Source: an uncultured Erysipelotrichaceae bacterium | GTDB taxonomy: Bacteria > Bacillota_I > Bacilli_A > RFN20 > CAG-826 | Direction of reading: 5' to 3' | NCBI GenBank assembly: GCA_900314865.1 | Contig: OMWW01000002.1 | Location: forward strand, 66,136-130,135 | DNA length: 64,000 bases | Part shown: positions 1 to 9,172 of the stretch, piece after piece | How the letters are laid out: every line of letters starts with the position of its first letter | Numbering within the stretch: the first letter of the stretch is position 1 | The notes under the pieces: model-generated | What the model saw: only the letters and a program-made list of their open reading frames with translations | What the model was told of the DNA's origin: nothing | The model's database searches: none | Program-made: the position numbers and the translations under genes

Positions 1-420
1 CCTGACAGAGAATCCTTTTTCTCCAATTTGCATTCTTAATTGTTGTTGATGAACGCCATCACAGACATATTTACCATCAAACAACTTAGATTGAACACCA
101 TAATTAAACATATCGTCATAGTTACTTAAATGATGTGCGTTAGAGTAATCTCTTTGACTTAATGTATTTGGATCAGTAGTCGCATAATTTGGATCTAAAG
201 AACCGAGTTGTTTAAAGGAAGTAATTCTACTTTCAGCAACATTGGTCTCTTTTACGTGTTTAGCGTTAGTTAATTCACCATCCCAGTGTTCATAGAAATT
301 CTTCGTAAACACACTAGAAAGATATTTATCGCCTTCGACAATATAATCAAGAGAATAACCACCACAACTACTAAGAGCGGCAACAATTGGTAAAAGTAAT
401 AAGTATTTCTTTTTATGCAT
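1..420 (-). CDS. Lipoprotein, 3' end truncated by the window edge.
   Basis: Reverse-complement translation from the ATG at 418-420 gives MHKKKYLLLLPIVAALSSCGGYSL..., a signal peptide with an L-S-S-C lipobox. All 140 codons to position 1 are in frame. It overlaps the upstream membrane-protein gene by 8 nt, suggesting an operon. Confidence 0.6.
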   Translation of the reverse strand, partial: MHKKKYLLLLPIVAALSSCGGYSLDYIVEGDKYLSSVFTKNFYEHWDGELTNAKHVKETNVAESRITSFKQLGSLDPNYATTDPNTLSQRDYSNAHHLSNYDDMFNYGVQSKLFDGKYVCDGVHQQQLRMQIGEKGFSVR

Positions 421-1810
421 TGACACTTACCCCCTCAACTTGTGGGTTTTCTTTAATTATTGAAGCCTTTCCTTTAGCGATTACATAAGTAAAGATAAAT
501 AACACTAGGAAGAATGGACCAGTCATATAAATAGGACGAATGATGTTATAGAAAATACCAATCTCGCGATCCATAAAGAAAGCGGAGAAGATAATAAAGA
601 AGATAGTAAAGGCTAGTAACACTAGTTTTGCATATTTATCATCTTCACTATTAAGGATATATCTCTTAAAGCCTTTGAATCCCACAAAGAGCATAATCAC
701 AAAGCAAAGTGCACCGATAACACCACTGGTAACTATGTTATCAAAAATAAAGCTATTAGATAACTCGATTGGTGGAACTGGATCAAGAGTTGGATATAAC
801 GTGTAACTTCCTAAGAAATTATCGAAGAAGATATCTGTAACCGCTGGAACATAGTCTTTAGTAAATCTATTTGATCCAAAGATCTTTCCTAATAAATTAT
901 TGCTTAAAATCTTATTAGAAATGTTGTATTTGGTTTGATGGGCAAGGATAAAGATTAATAAACCAATCGCCATCATGATTAAAACGAAGTAAATGAAATA
1001 TTTTACGTATTTATAAGCCTTACCGTATCTATTAATTAAAAGAATACATAAATCAACAACTAAAATAATGATGATTGCGTATAACCCTAACATCGACGGA
1101 ATAAAGATTAGTGATAATAAACCGATAAGGGTGAAACCAGCGTAGGTAATGAATGTTTTCTTATGTTCTTTTGGTGACACGAACAATAAGGCAATAGAAG
1201 AAGTTAATAATAAAGCTGGATATATGACATATTGAGACATCTTAACTTCAACAAATTTAAGTCCTTGTAAGACATAAGCAAATTTATCAACAGTTACTGA
1301 GCTTGCTTCGCCAGCGTAATACATCCTATAGCCTTTATATAAAACCGTATAGAACGCTCCAAAGTTAACAAAGTTACAAATTAAATTAATAACTGAGATT
1401 AACGCTAAAGCGCCATAAATAACGATTAAGAATGTCTTAATGTTAAATGTCTTATCAATGGATAAAAGATATCCCGTAAAAGCTACAGGGATTAACCCCA
1501 AAGGAATGAATATGACTTCACCCAAGGAGAAATCACCCCAGAACATATGAGCGCGACTATAAATGCCTAAGGCAGTTAATAAAGTATATAGGAATAATGG
1601 GAAAATGAAGAAAGCAATTGAACTTATTCCATCAACGCTGATTTGTTTTATATTGAATAAGACCAATAAAACCATTAAAGCAATACTTAAAGCGCCATAA
1701 AGGATGTAATTATCGCCAAAAGAGAAAGCAATGAGTGCAAATATCTCCATCGCTAAAAAACTGATTGCAGCAGCGTATTTGTGAAGCTTTGATAATTTCT
1801 TAAATTCCAT
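413..1810 (-). CDS. Polytopic integral membrane protein with at least 12 predicted helices, possibly an oligosaccharide polymerase/ligase-like protein. Function unknown.
   Basis: A 465-aa ORF that is almost entirely hydrophobic helices. No catalytic motif was recognised. No clear Shine-Dalgarno sequence at the annotated start. Confidence 0.55.
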   Translation of the reverse strand: MEFKKLSKLHKYAAAISFLAMEIFALIAFSFGDNYILYGALSIALMVLLVLFNIKQISVDGISSIAFFIFPLFLYTLLTALGIYSRAHMFWGDFSLGEVIFIPLGLIPVAFTGYLLSIDKTFNIKTFLIVIYGALALISVINLICNFVNFGAFYTVLYKGYRMYYAGEASSVTVDKFAYVLQGLKFVEVKMSQYVIYPALLLTSSIALLFVSPKEHKKTFITYAGFTLIGLLSLIFIPSMLGLYAIIIILVVDLCILLINRYGKAYKYVKYFIYFVLIMMAIGLLIFILAHQTKYNISNKILSNNLLGKIFGSNRFTKDYVPAVTDIFFDNFLGSYTLYPTLDPVPPIELSNSFIFDNIVTSGVIGALCFVIMLFVGFKGFKRYILNSEDDKYAKLVLLAFTIFFIIFSAFFMDREIGIFYNIIRPIYMTGPFFLVLFIFTYVIAKGKASIIKENPQVEGVSVNA

Positions 1811-1882
1811 ACGCGTATATTATAAAGCAAAAAATAAAAACGAGTTAGCAAACTCGTTGATATTACAGATTTACAATTGACG

Positions 1883-2038
1883 TTAGATGATTTCTTCGAA
1901 GTCATATTCGTAAGTGGATGATTCATCACCTTCATCAAGATCAGAATAGTCATCACACTCTTCAATGATTTCAAGAATCTCTACTGTCTCTTCATCACTA
2001 GTTAATGTTTTAGATCTAGGATCAAATATTATGGCCAT
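1883..2038 (-). CDS. Small acidic protein of 51 aa (MAIIFDPRSKTLTSDEETVEILEIIEECDDYSDLDEGDESSTYEYDFEEII).
   Basis: Not in the ORF track because it is under 60 aa. A strong SD (GAGGGGGA) lies 8 nt upstream of the ATG. It overlaps the track ORF 1753..1974 in another frame, and that track ORF lacks an RBS. Confidence 0.45.
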   Translation of the reverse strand: MAIIFDPRSKTLTSDEETVEILEIIEECDDYSDLDEGDESSTYEYDFEEII

Positions 2039-2185
2039 TAACTTTTATCCCCCTCAATTTTCGCTTAACTAATGAAGCGTAAATCATTGTGAATAATGTA
2101 CCATCTTAGAATAAGTCGTTCAACAATAATTTTTATTATTTTAGACAGTGTCCAAAACGCCTATTTTAGTTTTTAAACTACAATA

Positions 2186-2211
2186 TGAAAAAAGGTGGTT
2201 TATCGACCACC
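2186..2211 (-). terminator. Intrinsic terminator of degV.
   Basis: The minus-strand RNA reads GGUGGUCGAUAAACCACC followed by UUUUUU. The hairpin overlaps the degV stop codon. Confidence 0.6.
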
Positions 2212-3045
2212 ATCATTCATATATAAGATACCAAGACATTTAGGTCCACAATGGGATGAAATTGTAGCTCCTGCAACAGTCTCAATAATACGTTTGAATC
2301 CTTTTTCTTCAAGTGCTTTTTTAGCGACTTCCACCATCTCTGGAGTAGCACCACTATGTGTCACAAATACTAGAGATAAGTCTGGATTGTTAAACTGCTC
2401 AAGTGTGTCCCTACAGTAATTAGCGACACATTCGACTTGTTTGCCCATATATTTCTTTCCTGGGCTCATCTTTCCATTTCCCATAATAATCTGTGGTCTA
2501 ATTCTAAATAACATTGCTCCTAGCTTAGCTAAGCCTGAACATCTACCACCTTTGTAAAGGTAATCAACTGTGGCTAAAACGAAGCTTGTTTGATCATTAG
2601 GAATTCTTTCGCTAACCTTCATTACGATATCTTCTGGTTTTAAGCCTTCTTTCACAAGTTTAGATGCATATATCGCTTGAAGGGCAATACCAGTAGATAA
2701 ACTTCTTGTATCAATAACAAAGACATTCTTAAGTTCACTAGCAGCGTTCATCGCGTTTTGGCAAGCACTAGAGATTTCACTAGATAACGCAAAATGGATA
2801 ACCGCGTCATATTTCTTTAATAAATCTTGGAAGTATTCAGAGTATTGAGCGTAATTAATCGCGCTTGTTTTAGGAAGTACACCTGTACGATCAACATAAT
2901 CGTAAATGATATCTGGAGTAATTTCTCCGTCTTTACCACTTTTATCGCCTAAAATAACTCCAAAAGGAATGGTGGAAATCTCGAATTCTTCTAAAAGCTC
3001 TTTTGGAAGATCGATTGTGCTTTCTGCAGAAATACAAATTTTCAT
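2200..3045 (-). CDS. degV: DegV family fatty-acid-binding protein.
   Basis: A 281-aa protein starting MKICISAESTIDLP... with the typical DegV/DAK2-like fold signature (EFEISTIPFGVILGDK..., C-terminal GGRCSG... region). Confidence 0.8.
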   Translation of the reverse strand: MKICISAESTIDLPKELLEEFEISTIPFGVILGDKSGKDGEITPDIIYDYVDRTGVLPKTSAINYAQYSEYFQDLLKKYDAVIHFALSSEISSACQNAMNAASELKNVFVIDTRSLSTGIALQAIYASKLVKEGLKPEDIVMKVSERIPNDQTSFVLATVDYLYKGGRCSGLAKLGAMLFRIRPQIIMGNGKMSPGKKYMGKQVECVANYCRDTLEQFNNPDLSLVFVTHSGATPEMVEVAKKALEEKGFKRIIETVAGATISSHCGPKCLGILYMNDGGR

Positions 3046-3084
3046 AAATATACCTCGTGTATCAAAGATACATAATTAACAGTT

Positions 3085-3474
3085 TGGTGGAGCCGGTGGT
3101 GTCGAAACCACGTCCGAAGATGGCCCAACAATATCGTCTACAGCTTAGACAATATTTGGTTTTAACATGACTTTGTATATTGACTCACTACATCATGCGA
3201 GACTAACCCTATTTCATGACTCATTAACTAGTCTACTATAAGCCACAATTCTTTTGTTATGACACTTACTTCAAGCGTGAAAGACTAAAACCTTGAAAAG
3301 CGCTCTGCCCCAACGATTGTCGGGACCCAAATATTAGGGTAAATTAAGCTAAGCAGAGGGATTGAGCTCTAGGAGCTCTCATATAACTGTTGTCAGTTAT
3401 TTTTGTTTTGGTTTAAGGTTACCAACCGCTGCAGATAAAGCCCTGCCAATCTCCGTCGAATCCAATACGACCCC
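3085..3474 (-). ncRNA. ssrA: tmRNA (SsrA), about 390 nt.
   Basis: The minus-strand RNA begins GGGGUCGUAUUGGAUUCGACGG, the canonical tmRNA 5' acceptor and D-like region. It ends GGACGUGGUUUCGACACCACCGGCUCCACCA, a T-arm and acceptor with encoded CCA. An internal tag-like reading frame, ...GAC AAC AGU UAU AUG AGA GCU CCU AGA GCU CAA UCC CUC UGC UUA GCU UAA, is followed by an ACCC...GGGU helix. An upstream TTTACT-N17-TAAAAT promoter-like sequence is present. Confidence 0.8.
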
Positions 3475-3532
3475 ATGAGATTTTGCCTATTTCTAGGCGT
3501 TTAGATTTTATCATTTATAGATAAAAAGTAAA

Positions 3533-6262
3533 CTATTTTGATGTCTTCTTTTTCTTAATTAAAAGTAAACATCCAATTGAAGCTGCTGAAATAACGCTTA
3601 CAAGAACGATAACAAAAACCATATTAGTATCTTCATTAAACAAGGAAAAATTCACGTTACTTGAAGAGATAGTTCTAGTTAAGAAGTTATTATAAGTAGC
3701 CGCTCCATATTTACTAATGATGTAATTATATCGATACATTGCTTGTTCAATCACGGTGCCATTTTCCACTAAATTAGCGGTTCTTAAGGCATCTTTATCT
3801 TGATCAAACAAATAACCTGCTCTAGTAGACATTGTGGACCAATTAGATGTAGAAGGTGCGTTATTTCCTGTTCCATCACACACTACAGTGGATAAGAAAT
3901 CAGTAGCATACATGGTTGCGTTGTAATAGTTGACTGTAATCGCAGCAATTCTTCTATGACCTTTTGATCCATCAATAGTGAAATCAACTGAATTAACATA
4001 GGTGTTAGAACCGGCAGACCATGTTTCATTTGTTAGTGTTCCGGTAGATGGGATAATATCATTACTATTGCCGCCACTTCCAAAAGTAAACACAATTGAA
4101 TAAATGTTTTGTTTTGAGCTAAAAACGTTAATTGTGTTTCCACCATAACATCTAATAGCAGAACCAGTTGTGTAATATTTAGGAGAAGTACTACCAGCGG
4201 CTTTATCAAAAGTCGCTGTAAATTCTTCATTATCAAAACTAACTGTGCCCATACCAGTTGCATCCGAATATCCTTGAGCTGTTGAATCAAAAGTCGCAGT
4301 TCCAGATGTTGGGTCAATAACCACTGGTGGTGCCTCATATGTTGCAGTCCATGAAATGGAAGATAAAGCAAAATTACCGCCACCTTTTGTTACATACGTA
4401 ATACGTATTCCGGTTGTTCCTTCTAAATCTTCAGATAAAGAGAACGTTACATCAGAATAACTTGTAGTAAAGACGCTTGATCCAGTTTTTTGTAATGATT
4501 TGATAACTTGTAAATTGTTTAGTGACGATCCTGAGACAGCTTCAACTTTATATGAATTAGCATCAGTTGGTGTTCCATATATTTTTGCATTTAACGTTAC
4601 TTCTAGGTCAGTCATATGTTCAGATACATCACCGCTAAAAATATCTAGCTTATAAACATTGTCTCCGCCTTCATCAAATTTAGCAGAACCATCGCTATAA
4701 GAACCCAAACTTACTCCTGTCCATCCTTCAAAAGATCCACTAGAAGCAGAAACGGTTCCATCTTCGGTCTCAATAGTTCCACTAGATGTTCCTGTTACAG
4801 TGATTTCACATGTAGCACTAAAACCACCATCTGTTGTAGTAGCAGTAATAGTAGCAGAACCTTCATTGATTGTTCTAACTAAGCCATTATGAACGGTGGC
4901 AACATTATCGTCACTACTGGTCCATAAAACTGATTGATCAGAAGCATTTGATGGGCTTACTGTCGCGTTAAGCTGCAATTCTTGATTGGTTTTTAATGTT
5001 TTAGAAGTAACATCTAATTGAACGCCAGTAACTGCAACTGGATCACTAGATCCGCCTTTATAACCATTAATTACGTCGCTATTCAAATCAACATATCCGG
5101 TTGGAGTAGAACTATAAGATTTGTATGTTGTTCCTTGATAAGTAACTGTACCCCAAATATAGTCAGCCCATTCTGGATAATCAATAAATGGATTTCTATT
5201 ATTTGTGTAGTTTCTATAAAGAAGGTTATTTCTATGAATCTCAAATTCATCAACAGGGTCTTCGTGATGCCAATTAAGTAAATCGGTCATTATTCCCATT
5301 TTGCCAGTATTAGAAGTGGTAGATGTATAACCTTGTTGGGACCAATCGTTTAACGATTGAGTAAGGGTCAAATTGGGGTTATTAGAATCAATACCATCAC
5401 TGTCACTACCTGATAGATAATTATATCTAGCAACCATATAAAAGATTGCTCTAGCAATATCTCCTCTATCAGATTTTTGTGGCTCAAAAACTTTGGTAGA
5501 ACCGCCAACAGTTTTAGAAGTTCCTCTAAGATTATTACTTAAATTAGTCCAATTATTATTATTTCCACAGTCAGTATAGGTTTTAGATGTATCAACATAA
5601 CCATAATAATAATTACTGTGAATTTGATTAACGTAGCCATTACCAGCCATTAAATGCATTGGATCGCCTCTAGCACCACCACTAGTGTCCAATGAATCAT
5701 CATCAAATCCTTCGGCTTTTGGCCAAACGTGTTCACGGTTAATACCCCATTGATTTTGGTTATGGTTACCCCAAGCTGTTACTTGATTATCAACATTTCT
5801 ATTCACATATAGAGCATGGAGGTATGGGTTGTTTTTACCATTTGAATTACTACCATATGTATAACCAGTAATAGTGTTATTTTGTGCATTATACGTACCA
5901 TATGTAGTTGAACTAGCTGGAGATTTTTCCCAATCTCTATCAGATATTTCATAAATCTGCCAAATTTTACTACCATCATCATAACTAAGATATTTTTGGT
6001 TGTTTTTTAAAATTGTTTTGAGATTCTTTAAAAGATTTGTACCTTGTCTTTGAGATGAGGCAAGAGAAGACAAGCTTGAATAATAGCTCTTTATTTCATT
6101 AGCGGTACAATCATCTAAATAAATTGTGGTTGGTAAAGAAGCGCTATCATAAGATTCAACTTCTTCAACTTTATTTGTTCCATTTAAGGACAACGCAAAA
6201 GCAAAGCTACCTGCGGATAACGCAAGAGCGGTAAATGATGTTAAAACAATTCTTTTTTTCAT
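3533..6262 (-). CDS. Surface-anchored secreted nuclease: endonuclease I-like (EndA/Vvn/Bsn-type) catalytic region, a Big_2 Ig-like domain and a C-terminal transmembrane anchor.
   Basis: Signal peptide MKKRIVLTSFTALALSAGSFAFA. The NREHVWPKAEGF...GNGYVNQ region resembles the Endonuclease I EH catalytic motif. A classic Big_2 segment is present (VTGVQLDVTSKTLKTNQELQLNATVSPSNASDQSVLWTSSDDNVATV...). The protein ends in a hydrophobic stretch followed by a KKKKTSK tail. Confidence 0.6.
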   Translation of the reverse strand: MKKRIVLTSFTALALSAGSFAFALSLNGTNKVEEVESYDSASLPTTIYLDDCTANEIKSYYSSLSSLASSQRQGTNLLKNLKTILKNNQKYLSYDDGSKIWQIYEISDRDWEKSPASSTTYGTYNAQNNTITGYTYGSNSNGKNNPYLHALYVNRNVDNQVTAWGNHNQNQWGINREHVWPKAEGFDDDSLDTSGGARGDPMHLMAGNGYVNQIHSNYYYGYVDTSKTYTDCGNNNNWTNLSNNLRGTSKTVGGSTKVFEPQKSDRGDIARAIFYMVARYNYLSGSDSDGIDSNNPNLTLTQSLNDWSQQGYTSTTSNTGKMGIMTDLLNWHHEDPVDEFEIHRNNLLYRNYTNNRNPFIDYPEWADYIWGTVTYQGTTYKSYSSTPTGYVDLNSDVINGYKGGSSDPVAVTGVQLDVTSKTLKTNQELQLNATVSPSNASDQSVLWTSSDDNVATVHNGLVRTINEGSATITATTTDGGFSATCEITVTGTSSGTIETEDGTVSASSGSFEGWTGVSLGSYSDGSAKFDEGGDNVYKLDIFSGDVSEHMTDLEVTLNAKIYGTPTDANSYKVEAVSGSSLNNLQVIKSLQKTGSSVFTTSYSDVTFSLSEDLEGTTGIRITYVTKGGGNFALSSISWTATYEAPPVVIDPTSGTATFDSTAQGYSDATGMGTVSFDNEEFTATFDKAAGSTSPKYYTTGSAIRCYGGNTINVFSSKQNIYSIVFTFGSGGNSNDIIPSTGTLTNETWSAGSNTYVNSVDFTIDGSKGHRRIAAITVNYYNATMYATDFLSTVVCDGTGNNAPSTSNWSTMSTRAGYLFDQDKDALRTANLVENGTVIEQAMYRYNYIISKYGAATYNNFLTRTISSSNVNFSLFNEDTNMVFVIVLVSVISAASIGCLLLIKKKKTSK

Positions 6263-6429
6263 ATAAACAAAACCCGTGTTTTCTTATTGTAATATAATAG
6301 ACATACTTTGAAAATAAATTTCAAAATTCATTATTAGTAAGAATTGTTATTTTGTATTTATCTTTACAATATGTTCAATAACATATAAACTTTACTTTGC
6401 TATTGTTAGAAATAGAATAGGAATTAGAT

Positions 6430-7584
6430 ATGGCAAAGAAACTCAAAAAAGCAAAAACAGGTATGTCCCCAAGGACAAAAAGTATAATTAGCAATTCCTT
6501 TAGAGGAATTATCTCCAACCAAGCATGTGTTGATAATGGTAGAGAAGCGCCATGGTGGCTCGCTATTATTTTCTTTTTGTTTGCAGTTATCATTCCTTTA
6601 GTTCCTAATCACGTTGCCATGAATAAAACCTATGGTGCCTCATTCTTAAATAATGGTACCTATGACTTTGCAGAACAAGTCACTAAAGCATCTGTCTTCT
6701 TAAAACAAGACGCGCTTAGATATGCGGACGGACAAGCTGGTGCTCATGATAAGCAATTAGTCGTTAATGGTTCAACACTCTACTATAAAGAAGACGGTGC
6801 TATCTTAACTGAAAATGATCAAACTAGAGAATTCTATAGCAATGTTAGCACTATCACCGGTGAATATGACTTCAGAATGATCTACACAACTTGTGAAGGA
6901 AGTACATTCGATGATGTCTGTAACATCTATAAATTAAGAAGATACTACAGTAACACTACAGATGAAGTTGATTGGACAGACTGGAATGCTAAACCAGCAG
7001 CCGAAAGAGAAACATATTATGTTCCAAATCTTATGATCTTTGGTAGATACACAATGAGATTATTCTTGTTTCAAAAATCTCAAAAGGGTACCGGAACATC
7101 AACATTAAAAAATGGTACTTCTTACGGCCTCACTTGGGAAAAGATTAGTGATGGCGACATCCTCTCTGCTTCCGTTTATAACTTAAAGAATTGGCAAACT
7201 ATTGATGTTAATCATATTAATCTTCAACAAGACACAGTTGTCTATGATTACTACAAAGAATTATTCAATAACTGCTATGTAGCTGAAAAGAACCGTATGA
7301 AATGGAACACTACATTAATTTACTTAGGTGTCTATGGCGGTCTCATGATCTTCCTTGGCTTAATGATCTTCTTACTCACGAGAGGACAAAAGAATCCATA
7401 CAGTTCACTCAACTTATGGCACGCTGAAAAGATTGCAGCTTTCTTAGGTTTCACCCCTGCATTACTTGCAATGATCTTCGGATTTATCTTCGGTGGAAAT
7501 ATGCTTGGTCAAATGGCGTTCATCATGCTCTTATCACTCAGAGTGATGTGGGCTAGTATGAGAACACTTAGACCAGTCGCTTAA
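6430..7584 (+). CDS. Membrane protein of unknown function, with an N-terminal TM helix and a C-terminal TM bundle.
   Basis: A 384-aa ORF with hydrophobic segments at residues ~40-60 and ~300-370. Divergent from the nuclease gene. Confidence 0.5.
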   Translation: MAKKLKKAKTGMSPRTKSIISNSFRGIISNQACVDNGREAPWWLAIIFFLFAVIIPLVPNHVAMNKTYGASFLNNGTYDFAEQVTKASVFLKQDALRYADGQAGAHDKQLVVNGSTLYYKEDGAILTENDQTREFYSNVSTITGEYDFRMIYTTCEGSTFDDVCNIYKLRRYYSNTTDEVDWTDWNAKPAAERETYYVPNLMIFGRYTMRLFLFQKSQKGTGTSTLKNGTSYGLTWEKISDGDILSASVYNLKNWQTIDVNHINLQQDTVVYDYYKELFNNCYVAEKNRMKWNTTLIYLGVYGGLMIFLGLMIFLLTRGQKNPYSSLNLWHAEKIAAFLGFTPALLAMIFGFIFGGNMLGQMAFIMLLSLRVMWASMRTLRPVA

Positions 7585-7587
7585 AAA

Positions 7588-7614
7588 AAATAAGAACCCT
7601 TAAGGGTTCTTTTT
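7588..7614. terminator. Bidirectional intrinsic terminator.
   Basis: AAAAAAAATAAGAACCCTTAAGGGTTCTTTTTT: a perfect hairpin flanked by A-run and T-run, lying between convergent genes. Confidence 0.7.
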
Positions 7615-7952
7615 TAATCACCGTAATCACTACCACGGCTTTTATCTTCAACAAATATTTTTAGCGAATCAGTAATATCAATTAATTCTAAATAGATGTA
7701 TCCATCTTTTTCCGTGAAGTAGTTTTCGAAATCACCAACGAAGATGACTTTCTTTAGTTTTTTAACTCTATTAATCATCTCTTCAATAATTAAGTGATAT
7801 TTATCAGGATGTCTTTCTTTAAAGCCACTTAATTGGGTAAAGACAACCGGTTCAACATAAAAGTCTTTCTCATCATCAATCACAAAGTGAGGGGTGAATG
7901 GATTAACGGGGTCTTTATCTAATTTGAATTCTTGAAAGTCTTCGTACATCAT
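7614..7952 (-). CDS. Hypothetical protein of 112 aa.
   Basis: Clean ORF whose start overlaps the rlmH stop, so translationally coupled. No family recognised. Confidence 0.45.
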   Translation of the reverse strand: MMYEDFQEFKLDKDPVNPFTPHFVIDDEKDFYVEPVVFTQLSGFKERHPDKYHLIIEEMINRVKKLKKVIFVGDFENYFTEKDGYIYLELIDITDSLKIFVEDKSRGSDYGD

Positions 7953-8425
7953 TTGTGGTAAGTCTCGTTATTAATAATTTTAAACGCGCGGAATATTTGT
8001 TCAACAAGAACTAATCTCGCAAGTTGATGAGGATATGTAAGTTTAGAGATGGAAATAGAGACATTTATTCTCTTTTTGAGTTCATCACTGAGGCCATAAC
8101 TACCACCGATGACAAAAGAAACACCACTACCGTTATTTACTAAACTATCTAATAAGAAAGATGCGAATTCTTCAGATGTCATTTCCTTCTTATTGAGGTC
8201 TAAACCAATCAGAAACTCATTATTTTTAAGTAAAGATAACACTCTTTTGCCTTCGTTGTCCTTGGATTTTTTGATCTCTGATTCACTTGGTTTATCGCTA
8301 AGAGAATCATCTTTTAATTCAATAACTTCGATTTTGGAATATCCACTTATTCTTTTTAAATATTCATCCACTCCAGCTTTATAGAAGTCTTTAATTTTTC
8401 CAATCGCATAAATTTTAATTGTCAT
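7949..8425 (-). CDS. rlmH: 23S rRNA (pseudouridine1915-N3)-methyltransferase RlmH (SPOUT, YbeA family).
   Basis: 158 aa, MTIKIYAIGKIKD...GSGVSFVIGGSYGLSDEL...LTYPHQLARLVLVEQIFRAFKI, the typical RlmH signature. Confidence 0.8.
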   Translation of the reverse strand: MTIKIYAIGKIKDFYKAGVDEYLKRISGYSKIEVIELKDDSLSDKPSESEIKKSKDNEGKRVLSLLKNNEFLIGLDLNKKEMTSEEFASFLLDSLVNNGSGVSFVIGGSYGLSDELKKRINVSISISKLTYPHQLARLVLVEQIFRAFKIINNETYHK

Positions 8426-9167
8426 AATTGCCTCCTATAAGTGGAGCCCACTGATTAGCGCATCTCACCTTATATCTGGATATATCAACATTCTTGTATT
8501 TGAACACTTTTTGATATGACTCTAACGCAACTTCTGGAGCATTAGCCTCTTCAGATAAATGAGCAAGAATAATCTCTTTCGTGTGCTCTCCAATAATCTC
8601 TAAAGTAGCGAACGCACTATCTTCATTACAAAGATGTCCGTAATCAGACATAATTCTTTGGATTAATTGCATTGGCCTATTCGTATGAAGGAGCATTTGA
8701 ATATCATGATTACTTTCAATTACTAAATAATCAGGATCTTTAACTAAATAGGTGTTCCTAGATAAATAAGTTCCAGTATCCGTCATATAGACAAGTTTTT
8801 CATCATCTACTTCTAGCATATATCCACAAGGATTAGTCGCGTCGTGACTTGTAGGAAAGGCGGTTATTTTAATATCTCCAATCACAAATGGTTCATATTC
8901 TTTAATCACATTGCTTAATGAACCTGGAATTGTTCCCTCTAGAGAGTACATCTTCTTTGGAGAGAACGCTTTTATACTACGATAATGATCAGCGTGATTA
9001 TGGGTGATTAAAATCCCATCCACATCCTTTATGGTTTTATCAAACTTTTCAAGTTCTTCTTTTACCCTTTCTAGAGGCAAACCCATATCTATTAAAAGAG
9101 TGGTTTTACTTGAAAACACAAGAGTTGCGTTTCCTTTTGAACCACTTCCAATAATATCAAAAAACAT
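8415..9167 (-). CDS. MBL-fold metallo-hydrolase (WalJ/YycJ/VicX-like).
   Basis: HNHADH metallo-beta-lactamase motif. 250 aa. It sits immediately downstream of dnaB and upstream of rlmH, as yycJ does relative to yydA in Bacillus. Confidence 0.75.
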   Translation of the reverse strand: MFFDIIGSGSKGNATLVFSSKTTLLIDMGLPLERVKEELEKFDKTIKDVDGILITHNHADHYRSIKAFSPKKMYSLEGTIPGSLSNVIKEYEPFVIGDIKITAFPTSHDATNPCGYMLEVDDEKLVYMTDTGTYLSRNTYLVKDPDYLVIESNHDIQMLLHTNRPMQLIQRIMSDYGHLCNEDSAFATLEIIGEHTKEIILAHLSEEANAPEVALESYQKVFKYKNVDISRYKVRCANQWAPLIGGNYDN

Positions 9168-9172
9168 TTTAA

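Noticed and set aside
1753-1974. Track ORF of 73 aa.
   Set aside because: It has no RBS and an odd composition. It overlaps a better-supported 51-aa acidic ORF with a strong SD in another frame.
4033-4383. Internal ORFs nested in larger genes (also 5018..5281, 8109..8384, 9004..9186, 10790..11065, 11647..11832, 11871..12206, 20035..20283, 24245..24784, 26063..26347, 35225..35488, 41024..42241, 43238..43714, 45444..46026, 48643..49157, 53471..53848, 56143..56625, 57279..57539, 58867..59181, 59849..60272, 60642..62417, 63233..63424, 63615..63911).
   Set aside because: They lie entirely inside, or antisense to, well-supported longer genes. They have low-complexity or hydrophobic translations and no RBS, so they are treated as spurious frame ORFs.
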